A stretch of 47,685 nucleotides of DNA. Origin: Cronobacter phage SG01. The translations under genes were made by a program, and so were the position numbers. The DNA is taken from the sequence record OP120783.1, one strand, 5' to 3'. This document shows, in pieces, positions 37,103 to 44,996 of this stretch. Position 1 is the stretch's first letter. Each line of letters starts with the position of its first letter. Under the pieces are notes generated by a model that saw only the letters and a program-made list of their open reading frames with translations, was not told the DNA's origin and did not search any database.

Positions 37103-37382
37103 AAACGATTTTCCGCAGGCCAATATCATGAGCGATGGCATCCAGCACGCCCTGCATAATGACCTCGTTCCTGATCATGCAGGTATGGAAACCAAATTCC
37201 GCCGACAGCTTTTTGTTAATGGCCGGAATAAGCGATCCGTCACCGTACTTGTTCCAGTTGCAAATGAGTCGGTCATCTCTCAGATCGTAAAGGTTGACAA
37301 CCTCAAACCCATCCTTTTTGGATACCCAAAGCTTCATACCGCGATTAAGCGCGCAGTTGCGCAGTCCGGAGCTAATCCGCAT
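37089..37382 (-). CDS. Hypothetical protein
   Basis: Operon-organised ORF. Confidence 0.55.
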   Translation of the reverse strand: MRISSGLRNCALNRGMKLWVSKKDGFEVVNLYDLRDDRLICNWNKYGDGSLIPAINKKLSAEFGFHTCMIRNEVIMQGVLDAIAHDIGLRKIVYGKA

Positions 37383-37384
37383 TA

Positions 37385-37669
37385 TCAAAAATCCTCATCA
37401 ATTCGCCAGTTTAAGTAAGCCGAAGCCATGACGCAAAAAACCTTTGCCCGCGCAAGAAACTGCTGCCGGTTGTCCGCATAAAGCGCCATCTCACTTTTGC
37501 TGGCTATGAACTCAGGCAGAAGTGAAAGGTTAATTCCAGACAGTTGCCCTCGGTACATGGATTTTGCCTTTCCTATGGTAAGACCGCGAAGCACCATCCC
37601 TTCCAGGTCATCAATGCGATCCAGACAATAAAGGCTTTCGCCAATAGCCTTACGTGTTGCGATATCCAT
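37385..37669 (-). CDS. Hypothetical protein
   Basis: Operon-organised ORF. Confidence 0.6.
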   Translation of the reverse strand: MDIATRKAIGESLYCLDRIDDLEGMVLRGLTIGKAKSMYRGQLSGINLSLLPEFIASKSEMALYADNRQQFLARAKVFCVMASAYLNWRIDEDF

Positions 37670-37672
37670 CAA

Positions 37673-37969
37673 TCAGCCCTCCACGTTGGTAGCAAGCCAG
37701 ATCGCATGAGCCTCGGCCATTCTGGCAAAGCGAAGCGCTCGCGTGTGGAATTGCTCTAGGCTGGAGGCTGAAAGCGGCCAATCCCACAACTCCGAGATAT
37801 GTTCCGGGAAAATCTCCAGGTCAACGCTGACAGATTGATACCGGAACTTAAGCGTGCCCAGGCAGTCGGAATAGCTTTGAGCCTGAACGCAAAGCATCTT
37901 TATCATCTGCATATCGCTCACAATGGCTTGCGCCGTTGCCATGTCAATCTTCTTCACGTTCTGTTCCAT
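37673..37969 (-). CDS. Hypothetical protein
   Basis: First gene of the reverse block; leader CCAACCAATGAGGATTTGAGGAATG. Confidence 0.6.
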   Translation of the reverse strand: MEQNVKKIDMATAQAIVSDMQMIKMLCVQAQSYSDCLGTLKFRYQSVSVDLEIFPEHISELWDWPLSASSLEQFHTRALRFARMAEAHAIWLATNVEG

Positions 37970-38000
37970 TCCTCAAATCCTCATTGGTTGGTGAGTCTCA

Positions 38001-38044
38001 AGCATAACACTCTGAACGGGATCGTGTATGTGCAAAAAGTGCTA
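38001..38044 (-). promoter_or_regulatory. Repeat-family promoter M for the reverse early block
   Basis: Reverse strand TAGCACTTTTTGCACATAC N19 extended -10 TGT-TATGCT. Confidence 0.45.
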
Positions 38045-38142
38045 TTTAATGGATATTCTCTTGCTGGTTAAATTTTGGTTACTGGATTAGTTGATCGCAT
38101 TGTTCGCGCTGAATTGTGTCACTGCGACACTTTTGATGAGGG

Positions 38143-38325
38143 ATGATGGAGAGATTGAATAATGCGAGCATGTCAAGAGGATTGAGGAAAAAAGTTGTCG
38201 AGAGTTGGTCACTTTCTGACCTGTTAGCATCACCTGTACACAAAGTTCACGAGCATACAAAATCATCCTTTGAACAAAATCGGTCAAATTTTGAGCAAAA
38301 ACGCCGCGCGAAAATATCCCTATAG
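38143..38325 (+). CDS. Possible 60-aa basic protein
   Basis: ORF MMERLNNASMSRGLRKK...; weak start context. Confidence 0.3.
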   Translation: MMERLNNASMSRGLRKKVVESWSLSDLLASPVHKVHEHTKSSFEQNRSNFEQKRRAKISL

Positions 38326-38598
38326 CCTCCCTCCCCCCCCTTATATATATATGAAAAATAAAGGTTTATTTATTTATTTATCTGTATGGGGGAGGGGGGA
38401 TGGGAGAATGTGTATATGGATGTTCAAGTGTTATTACATTTGCGGAGGGTTTTTACCACCTTTCGAAATCAACCTATATGTTCGTGTAGGTATATATAGG
38501 CATATATATATGGGGCCGAAAATCCTCCGTAGCAATTGAACTGATGAACACATTTAGATTATGCCAATGAAAACATAAACTTACACGTGAAAATCGAA
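38325..38598. repeat. AT-rich element copy 2 with C-tract/G-tract flanks
   Basis: GCCTCCCTCCCCCCCC TTATATATATATGAAAAATAAAGGTTTATTTATTTATTTATC TGTATGGGGGAGGGGGG; matches 18861 copy. Confidence 0.8.
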
Positions 38599-38709
38599 AA
38601 ATATCTGTACAAAACCGGAAATGAATTAATTTTACAGGTTTTAACGCTTTACATCATAATTGAGGTGACTATAATCCATATCAAGTTAAACCATTCAGGA
38701 GGAATCCAC

Positions 38710-39177
38710 GTGCTAACACCATCCGAATTTAATGACATGCTGCGCGAGTCTGGCCGAAAGCTGGGCATGGGCGAGGTGCAAGAGGTACTCGTGCCGTTTG
38801 AGTACATCGCTATCAACCTGGCGCAACCTGAGAAGATCTCAAAGTCATATCTGCGCAACATCATCTCCCGCGTCAAAGAGGTTCAGGCAGCCGGTAAGAT
38901 CAAGATGCGCACCGTCAACCATCCGGAGCGCGGCGAGTGCTACCGCTTCACCATCGAGCCGGTTAGCGAGATTGACCGCGACGACAAGGAGGCCAAAGGC
39001 ATCGTGCGCCGGGCCGCGAAGCTGGAAGAACTCCGCGCGCTGATGGATATCCAGCCGAACATCACCGATATGGAGCCGGAAGCATTGATTCCAGCAATGG
39101 AGGCTGTGCGCCGTTTTCACGCCCACATCCAGGCCCGCATTGATCGCCTAAGCAAAAAAGAGGGCGATGAGGAATGA
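38710..39177 (+). CDS. Hypothetical protein adjacent to AT-rich element (GTG start)
   Basis: Strong SD AGGAGG upstream of GTG 38710; MLTPSEFNDMLRESGRKLGMGEVQEVLV... Confidence 0.7.
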   Translation: MLTPSEFNDMLRESGRKLGMGEVQEVLVPFEYIAINLAQPEKISKSYLRNIISRVKEVQAAGKIKMRTVNHPERGECYRFTIEPVSEIDRDDKEAKGIVRRAAKLEELRALMDIQPNITDMEPEALIPAMEAVRRFHAHIQARIDRLSKKEGDEE

Positions 39178-39338
39178 CAGTCCGATCTGTCAAATTTCCA
39201 GATTGGGATGATGACACCTGGCTTGACATTGACACCGGCGATGGCGACCAGGCCGCCATCGTCATTATCGAATCCGGAGCCGTGACCGCCACGGCCAAAA
39301 CCAAACTACAGGCGACAGAGCCTGTCACAGAGGAATAA
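39174..39338 (+). CDS. 54-aa acidic hypothetical protein
   Basis: Not in track; ATGA overlap, MTVRSVKFPDWDDDTWLDIDTGDGDQAAIVIIESG... Confidence 0.5.
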   Translation: MTVRSVKFPDWDDDTWLDIDTGDGDQAAIVIIESGAVTATAKTKLQATEPVTEE

Positions 39339-39340
39339 GC

Positions 39341-39826
39341 ATGAAAAACGTCGTTATTTTCGATCTCGATGGCACCCTGGCTTGCGGTAAACACCGCCTT
39401 CACCTGCTGCCGACAAAAGACCTCCACCTCACAGAAAGCTGGACTGAGTTCAACCTGGCTTGCGCTGATGATGCGCTGATTGAGGCCAATGCAGCATTGG
39501 CCGAGGCGCTTTGGTATCAGGACTATGAGGTCATCATTCTGACCGGTCGCAGCGATATTGCTCGCGATCTGACAGTGGCTTGGCTTGACAAGCATGGCAT
39601 CTACCATGACCGCCTCATCATGCGACGCCACGACGACAACCGTAAGGACACCATCATCAAGGAGGAAGAATTACGTCGCATTGGCCTGGATCGCATTCTG
39701 CTTTGTGTCGATGACCGCCTGGATGTGGCGCGCCACCTGCGCAGCCTGGGGTTAACCGTCCTGGTTTGCACCGAGTACACCGACACCGACCGCGTAGACC
39801 TCGGATCGCATGGGGTTGATAAGTGA
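39341..39826 (+). CDS. HAD-superfamily phosphatase (polynucleotide 3'-phosphatase-like)
   Basis: VVIFDLDGTLA, VIILTGRSD, CVDDRLDVARHLRSLGL motifs. Confidence 0.85.
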   Translation: MKNVVIFDLDGTLACGKHRLHLLPTKDLHLTESWTEFNLACADDALIEANAALAEALWYQDYEVIILTGRSDIARDLTVAWLDKHGIYHDRLIMRRHDDNRKDTIIKEEELRRIGLDRILLCVDDRLDVARHLRSLGLTVLVCTEYTDTDRVDLGSHGVDK

Positions 39827-40032
39827 TTATTGAAGCTGGAGATGTGGCAACTCCCGAATCCCTGGCGGCCAATGTGCCGCCTGGTGCCACGCGTACCGTC
39901 ACGCTATTCAACCATCCAGCATCCGGCACCGAGCTTGCGCGCCAGATTAACGCCCTGGGCCTGGCGGTTCATGCAACCGTCCGGAGCGAGCGACACGACC
40001 AGTCAACCATAATCATCAAGGCGGAACTATGA
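39823..40032 (+). CDS. Hypothetical protein
   Basis: GTGA-type overlap with upstream and ATGA with downstream gene. Confidence 0.6.
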   Translation: MIIEAGDVATPESLAANVPPGATRTVTLFNHPASGTELARQINALGLAVHATVRSERHDQSTIIIKAEL

Positions 40033-40274
40033 AGCTGATGATAACCAACAACGGCGACTACGACGGGATGCGACACCTCACCTTTCCGATCGTCATGGAT
40101 TCTACGACAGCGCACTGCGTCAATGGCCTGGTGAAAGTCACCGTCGCCGAAATGGAGAAGGTGGGTTATGACTTCCAGGCAGGGCACCAGCCAGGCGACC
40201 GGCCTGACACAACCGGGCGCGACGGATGGATCGCTTTCGTCATCGGACTGGAGGCGGAAATAATCGGGCAATAG
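40029..40274 (+). CDS. Hypothetical protein
   Basis: Operon overlap. Confidence 0.6.
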   Translation: MKLMITNNGDYDGMRHLTFPIVMDSTTAHCVNGLVKVTVAEMEKVGYDFQAGHQPGDRPDTTGRDGWIAFVIGLEAEIIGQ

Positions 40275-40314
40275 CACTTTTTGCTAAAACCGGATCGCGT
40301 GCTTTCGGTATAGT
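40272..40314 (+). promoter_or_regulatory. Repeat-family promoter D
   Basis: TAGCACTTTTTGCTAAAAC N18 TATAGT. Confidence 0.65.
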
Positions 40315-40347
40315 TACCTCATCGAAACGAACAATGGAGCACGAAAA

Positions 40348-40515
40348 ATGAACTTCCCGAAAGTAACTTACACCGCCAGCCGCGCTAAAAAATTCATCAC
40401 CATTGAGCACGCGCCGAAGTACGGCATCAGCACCAAAGAAACGCGCAACGTATCCGGCAAGCGCGAAGCCCGCAAAATCGCCGAGGAACTTGGCGGCACC
40501 TGCTGGAACTTCTAA
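40348..40515 (+). CDS. 55-aa hypothetical protein
   Basis: Not in track; MNFPKVTYTASRAKKFITIEHAPKYGISTKETRNVSGKREARKIAEELGGTCWNF with SD GGAGCACG. Confidence 0.5.
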   Translation: MNFPKVTYTASRAKKFITIEHAPKYGISTKETRNVSGKREARKIAEELGGTCWNF

Positions 40516-40556
40516 CCTAACCGGCCCCGCAAGGGGCCATCACTGAGGGTTTTACA

Positions 40557-40862
40557 ATGAAAACTGTAGAAATTTTGCACGCATCAGGATATCCGGAAAA
40601 CTACTTTTCCGGCGTAAAGTTTCCTTCGCGAGTAAACGCCAAAACTTACCGCTTTGGCGATAATGCCGAGCATGAATTGCAAGATCTTATTCAAGTTGCG
40701 CACGAAGAACTTGTGCGCATTGGGTACACCGGCCCGCGCCTGGAGTGCGGAACTCTGAACTTTGGAAAGTTCAATCATTCATGGCGCGATGTGGAAGAAA
40801 CGCCGTTCGACTTCTGGAACGCCCTTAAATCATCCCGCGACGTTGGCGCTCTGCCAGCCTGA
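40557..40862 (+). CDS. Hypothetical protein
   Basis: ORF with GAGGG SD. Confidence 0.65.
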   Translation: MKTVEILHASGYPENYFSGVKFPSRVNAKTYRFGDNAEHELQDLIQVAHEELVRIGYTGPRLECGTLNFGKFNHSWRDVEETPFDFWNALKSSRDVGALPA

Positions 40863-40903
40863 ACAACACGGCCCCGGATGGGGCCATATCTGGAGAATTA
40901 ACC

Positions 40904-41185
40904 ATGCGTTACAATGAAGAAAAAACGCTCTACTTTGCTGATCAGGAAAAGGGTTTACACGTCGCGCCGGATGAGGCGACGCGCAAAACTGACCTTCACA
41001 TCCTGGTAACTCGCGCCTTGAACAACGGGCACATTAAACAGGTCGCGCGCGATGATTCCGGCGTTTACTACCGGACAACGCCAGCAGGAGTCCGCCGCCT
41101 GCTTAACCTTCAAATCTCATGGCGCGAGAAAAACGGGAAAAACTGCGATGCGCACCGCGCGCGCCTGGCTGCAATGACGGAATGA
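40904..41185 (+). CDS. Hypothetical protein
   Basis: ORF with GGAG SD. Confidence 0.65.
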   Translation: MRYNEEKTLYFADQEKGLHVAPDEATRKTDLHILVTRALNNGHIKQVARDDSGVYYRTTPAGVRRLLNLQISWREKNGKNCDAHRARLAAMTE

Positions 41186-41790
41186 AAACCATGAAACCAC
41201 AAGAGATCAAACACGGCGACATTCACTGTTTCACCAGTTGCGGCTTCAACTGCAAGGCCGCCGTTCTTGAGCAAGTTACAGATCACTACAACCTATTGCT
41301 TCTGGAAGTTGGCGACGGATGGAAAGTGCGCACATGGCATAACTGCGGATGGAATGCCGAACTGGTGCATGAGCTGAGCGGTCTCTTTCTGAATGACCAG
41401 ACAATCCGCACCAATCCGCAACAGGTCATTCACGATGAGGTTAAGCCGGAGTACCGCTATTACTGCTACAACTACAGCGGCGATAACACCAGCCAGATCC
41501 GTGCATATGGAGCGACGCCAAAGGCAGCGATTGAGTCGGCCATCGACCAGGCCATCAAGCGATCAGATGCCTATGTAGAGCTTGTCAATAAATTGCGTGG
41601 CAGTAAGAAAGACTCCATCGTTGAACGCTGCCAGGCTGGCGCAATAGCTGCGCTTGGCCTTCTGGCTAAAGGTCACGGTGTGACAAAAGCCAATGATGCT
41701 TTTGAACTTTATGCCGGACACAGCCTGGCATTCAGCGACCGACTCGACATGATTCGAATCCTGGAGTTTTACGCCAAAGGCGGCAAATAG
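41182..41790 (+). CDS. Hypothetical protein (start MKTMKPQEIK)
   Basis: ATGA overlap with upstream stop. Confidence 0.65.
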   Translation: MKTMKPQEIKHGDIHCFTSCGFNCKAAVLEQVTDHYNLLLLEVGDGWKVRTWHNCGWNAELVHELSGLFLNDQTIRTNPQQVIHDEVKPEYRYYCYNYSGDNTSQIRAYGATPKAAIESAIDQAIKRSDAYVELVNKLRGSKKDSIVERCQAGAIAALGLLAKGHGVTKANDAFELYAGHSLAFSDRLDMIRILEFYAKGGK

Positions 41791-41830
41791 CACTAATTGC
41801 TAAATACCCGATCACTGTATCGGGTATTCT
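41788..41830 (+). promoter_or_regulatory. Repeat-family promoter E
   Basis: TAGCACTAATTGCTAAATA N18 TATTCT; the 18-nt spacer is the hairpin CCCGAT-CACTGT-ATCGGG. Confidence 0.65.
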
Positions 41831-41875
41831 TGCTTTGTGGGCGGCGATGGGCCGCGAATTACTGAGGGTAAGACG

Positions 41876-42130
41876 ATGATTACTAAACCTGCATTGCACC
41901 GGGTGCAAGACCTGGGCGCACAGATGGCAGTTTTATATTCGCTCGATGAGTTAAAACGCGACGTTTCAGCTTATCTCGAATTGTTTCAAATGCAGTTAGA
42001 TGCGGCAGAGGATGATGATTTGCATCTGGCTTCCTCTATAGGAAAAAGTATGCGTAAACTTCGCGAAAAGCATGATGCTGAAAAATGGGCGCGTGAGTTA
42101 CATCGCCAGTACACTGCTAACGATTTTTAA
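41876..42130 (+). CDS. Hypothetical protein (start MITKPALHR)
   Basis: SD GAGGG. Confidence 0.6.
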   Translation: MITKPALHRVQDLGAQMAVLYSLDELKRDVSAYLELFQMQLDAAEDDDLHLASSIGKSMRKLREKHDAEKWARELHRQYTANDF

Positions 42131-42167
42131 CCAACCTGCCCGGCAATCCGGGCAAATAAGGAACAAC

Positions 42168-42902
42168 ATGAAAAGCTTAAAATTAGATCTGCAAAAGTTA
42201 TCTCCGGAAGCCATCGACCGCATCATTGAAGCTGCACGGAACGAGCCTGGCGGCAACATCATCGCCTACACCACACCGCCCGCGCCGGCTGTGCCTGAAA
42301 TAATTACAACACTGGAACGGCAGTGCGATGATCTGCTTGCGGCGCTGGAAAGCCTTGTGCTGTTCACCAATCCGAAGCCGTCGAACGCGGCTGCGCTCAA
42401 CAACGCGCACCAGGTTATCGCACGCACAAAGGGTCGCGCCATGCAAAACCAGGCAGATAAGGCAGCGCCGCCAAAGAGCGAACTTGCCCAGCGCGCCAGT
42501 CAGATCCTTGCTGACGCAACAGAACTTGCCAACCGAATCAGCGCTCAGGTTGGTAACGAATATCAGCAATTCGCCAGCCTGGCTGAAACTGGCGATCAGG
42601 CAAGATACCGCGTCCGGATAGAACATGCTAACTGGTCTCAGGAGACTTTCGGAGCGGCAGGCCCAATAGGCCCGCTGAAACACCTGGCGAAAGAGGCAAT
42701 TGAGGCGGCTGAGAATCCAGGCGATCTGTTCGAGTGGGCAGATATGCAATTCCTGCTTTGGGATGCGCAGCGCAGGGCGGGCATAACCGATGAGCAGATC
42801 ACTAAGGCGATGATCGAAAAGCTGGCGGTAAATAAGTCAAGAAAATGGCCCGAGCCGAAATATGGTGAGCCTCGCCATCACATCAAGGATTCTGCGGAAT
42901 AA
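42168..42902 (+). CDS. DUF550-like dATP/dGTP (pyro)phosphohydrolase domain protein
   Basis: WSQETFGAAGPIGPLKHLAKEAIEAAENPGDLFEWADMQFLLWDAQRRAG...KLAVNKSRKWP. Confidence 0.75.
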   Translation: MKSLKLDLQKLSPEAIDRIIEAARNEPGGNIIAYTTPPAPAVPEIITTLERQCDDLLAALESLVLFTNPKPSNAAALNNAHQVIARTKGRAMQNQADKAAPPKSELAQRASQILADATELANRISAQVGNEYQQFASLAETGDQARYRVRIEHANWSQETFGAAGPIGPLKHLAKEAIEAAENPGDLFEWADMQFLLWDAQRRAGITDEQITKAMIEKLAVNKSRKWPEPKYGEPRHHIKDSAE

Positions 42903-42909
42903 TCCTATT

Positions 42910-42952
42910 CAGCAAGAATAGCTAAACACAAAGCGGCCTCTGTGATTAAAAT
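42910..42952 (+). promoter_or_regulatory. Repeat-family promoter F
   Basis: CAGCAAGAATAGCTAAACA N18 TAAAAT; -10 in the loop of GGCCTC...GAGGCC. Confidence 0.55.
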
Positions 42953-42984
42953 GGAGGCCCGAACATTAACGAGGTCTTAACATC

Positions 42985-43605
42985 ATGGCAAAAGTCATCA
43001 TCCTTAACGCGCCTCCGCGCACCGGCAAAGATACCCTGGCAAACCGAATCTGCGAATTGCTCAAAGAGCGAGGCGTCAGGGTTCACAGCCTGAGCTTTAA
43101 GCTCCCAATGTTCCAGATCGCGCAGGCCATGCTTGGCGCAGAGGATTACGTTGAATTTCTGGCTGCATACGACGACCGCGAGCGCAAAGAAAAGCCGCTG
43201 CCTGTCCTGAACGGTAAATCTCCCCGCGAGTACATGATCTGGCTGAGTGAAGAAGTAATGAAGCCAGCCTTCGGTGTGAACTACTTTGGCCGGCGCATTG
43301 CCGACGCCATCTCCAACATTACCCGGCTTGATGGTCAGGTGGTTATCATGAGCGACGGGGGTTTCCCTGAGGAAATTGATCCGCTTATGGCGCGCGGCCA
43401 TGAGGTGCATGTTGTGCGCCTGTCTCGACCTGGATACGTTTTCGAAGGAAGCGGAGATAGCCGCAACTACATCAATCAGCCTGGCCTTTCCACACTGCCC
43501 AACTATAACGAGCATGACGTCGCCCTGGTAGATGATGCTATTGATGACGGCGCGGCGGCAGTTATCAACGCAGTGTTCGGCATCGGCAATAGCACTAATT
43601 GGTAA
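42985..43605 (+). CDS. Deoxynucleoside monophosphate kinase-like protein
   Basis: LNAPPRTGKDTLANRI P-loop, GKSPREYMIWLSEEVMKPAFGVNYFG. Confidence 0.75.
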   Translation: MAKVIILNAPPRTGKDTLANRICELLKERGVRVHSLSFKLPMFQIAQAMLGAEDYVEFLAAYDDRERKEKPLPVLNGKSPREYMIWLSEEVMKPAFGVNYFGRRIADAISNITRLDGQVVIMSDGGFPEEIDPLMARGHEVHVVRLSRPGYVFEGSGDSRNYINQPGLSTLPNYNEHDVALVDDAIDDGAAAVINAVFGIGNSTNW

Positions 43606-43632
43606 AAATCCGCAAAGGCATTCTGATAGAGT
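43590..43632 (+). promoter_or_regulatory. Repeat-family promoter G
   Basis: TAGCACTAATTGGTAAAAA N18 TAGAGT; AGGCA...TGCCT hairpin. Confidence 0.5.
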
Positions 43633-43669
43633 GCCTTTATTGATTCTCAACCAACCAATCAGAGGCATC

Positions 43670-43930
43670 ATGAAAAGCTTACGCAAAATGATGATTCGCG
43701 CTTTCCAGAAAGAGGCGCGCGCATTCAGTGACAGCAAAACCAACCCGAACACTTTACGCCGTTGCGGTTACAAGAGCGCACGTGCATGGGGCCGCATTGC
43801 TGCCGGTCTTTATTTCAGCAATGACAAGCGTTCTGAATTACTGGTGGATATGCCAGAGGATTGGCGTGACAGAAAAATCACTCAAGAAATGGTTGACGAT
43901 TTCGTCAATGAAGAAATCAACTGCTGGTAA
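43670..43930 (+). CDS. Hypothetical protein (start MKSLRKMM)
   Basis: Leader CAACCAACCAATCAGAGG. Confidence 0.6.
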   Translation: MKSLRKMMIRAFQKEARAFSDSKTNPNTLRRCGYKSARAWGRIAAGLYFSNDKRSELLVDMPEDWRDRKITQEMVDDFVNEEINCW

Positions 43931-43939
43931 GGATAAATC

Positions 43940-44527
43940 ATGAAATATGTTATTCCAACTTCTCACGGTCGCGGTTTTATCGCTGGCAAAAAGTACCTGG
44001 TCAAAGACGATTGCATTAACCATTACGGTCGGCATCGTGTCCTGGTGGAAAATGACAAGGGCGTTGATGTTGTCGTTCGGGTTGATGGTGTGAGTTCATG
44101 CAGACTGCATGATGGCGTTTTTAACCTGGTCGAGGAAACCGAAAAGGTCGGGCACGGTTTCTATATGTGCAAGAGCGCGCAGATGGTGATTAATGGTGCG
44201 ACTCCTCTTGGCTGCGAGATTACTACCGCCAACGTTTCGGCAGACTCCCGCGAAAAAGAACTCCTGGGCGAGATTGCAGACCTGAAAGATCGCATATTCT
44301 CCTACTGCGAAACCATCGAAGAAATGAAGTCTGCCCATAAGACCGAATTGAAAGCAGCGGCGGAAAAGACGGCCCAAGTCAAGAGCGACTATGAGCAGCT
44401 ACTGGCGCGAATCCGATCCGCGATGCGCATGTGCAGTGATGAGAATTACGGCATGGTTGAGATGGCTATCATCCTGCGCAGCCTGGCAGACCTGGCAATT
44501 AAAAAGGCGGAGGCTGACTTGTCATGA
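43940..44527 (+). CDS. Hypothetical protein with coiled-coil C-terminus
   Basis: ORF. Confidence 0.65.
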   Translation: MKYVIPTSHGRGFIAGKKYLVKDDCINHYGRHRVLVENDKGVDVVVRVDGVSSCRLHDGVFNLVEETEKVGHGFYMCKSAQMVINGATPLGCEITTANVSADSREKELLGEIADLKDRIFSYCETIEEMKSAHKTELKAAAEKTAQVKSDYEQLLARIRSAMRMCSDENYGMVEMAIILRSLADLAIKKAEADLS

Positions 44528-44706
44528 CGCATGAAGAAATAATTTTAAAACTTATCTTCATGATCTCATTGTGGGCTGTTGTGTGGTTTTTTTACCTCAA
44601 GTGCAACGCATGGAAAATCCCCGCCAGTGACAGAAAGGTTGTTTCCTTCTTTAACGGCATCATTGCGGTACAGGTTTTGTTTGTCGCCATTCAGCTTATT
44701 TTATAA
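44524..44706 (+). CDS. Small two-TM membrane protein (60 aa)
   Basis: MTHEEIILKLIFMISLWAVVWFFYLK... IAVQVLFVAIQLIL; ATGA overlap. Confidence 0.6.
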   Translation: MTHEEIILKLIFMISLWAVVWFFYLKCNAWKIPASDRKVVSFFNGIIAVQVLFVAIQLIL

Positions 44707-44707
44707 A

Positions 44708-44750
44708 ACGCACGAATTGCTAAACATGCCCGGCGAAAGTCGGGCATTAT
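44708..44750 (+). promoter_or_regulatory. Repeat-family promoter H
   Basis: ACGCACGAATTGCTAAACA N18 CATTAT; spacer hairpin GCCCG...CGGGC. Confidence 0.6.
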
Positions 44751-44780
44751 TGTTTCACACCAACCAATGAGGAGAATGAA

Positions 44781-44996
44781 ATGTTTGATTTTGGTAAAAA
44801 ACAAAACCTGGCCGCGATGCTGCGCTCTATCGCCGACAAGCTGGATGAGGATAATGCCATGCCGCTCTCAATCAGGAGCGAATGCGAAGTTGGCGGCGAT
44901 GACCTTCTGAGAGCAAAATTTGAAATTGATATCGCCTATATTGGCGACAACAAAAACTCAGACTACGCAGAAGCTTTGGCAGCGCTTGACAAGTAG
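44781..44996 (+). CDS. Hypothetical protein
   Basis: ORF after CCAACCAATGAGGAG leader. Confidence 0.6.
   Translation: MFDFGKKQNLAAMLRSIADKLDEDNAMPLSIRSECEVGGDDLLRAKFEIDIAYIGDNKNSDYAEALAALDK

Noticed and set aside
39062-39631. 189-aa reverse-strand ORF
   Set aside because: Overlaps the end of 38710 gene, the 54-aa ORF and the HAD gene on the + strand, all with overlapping start/stop coupling.
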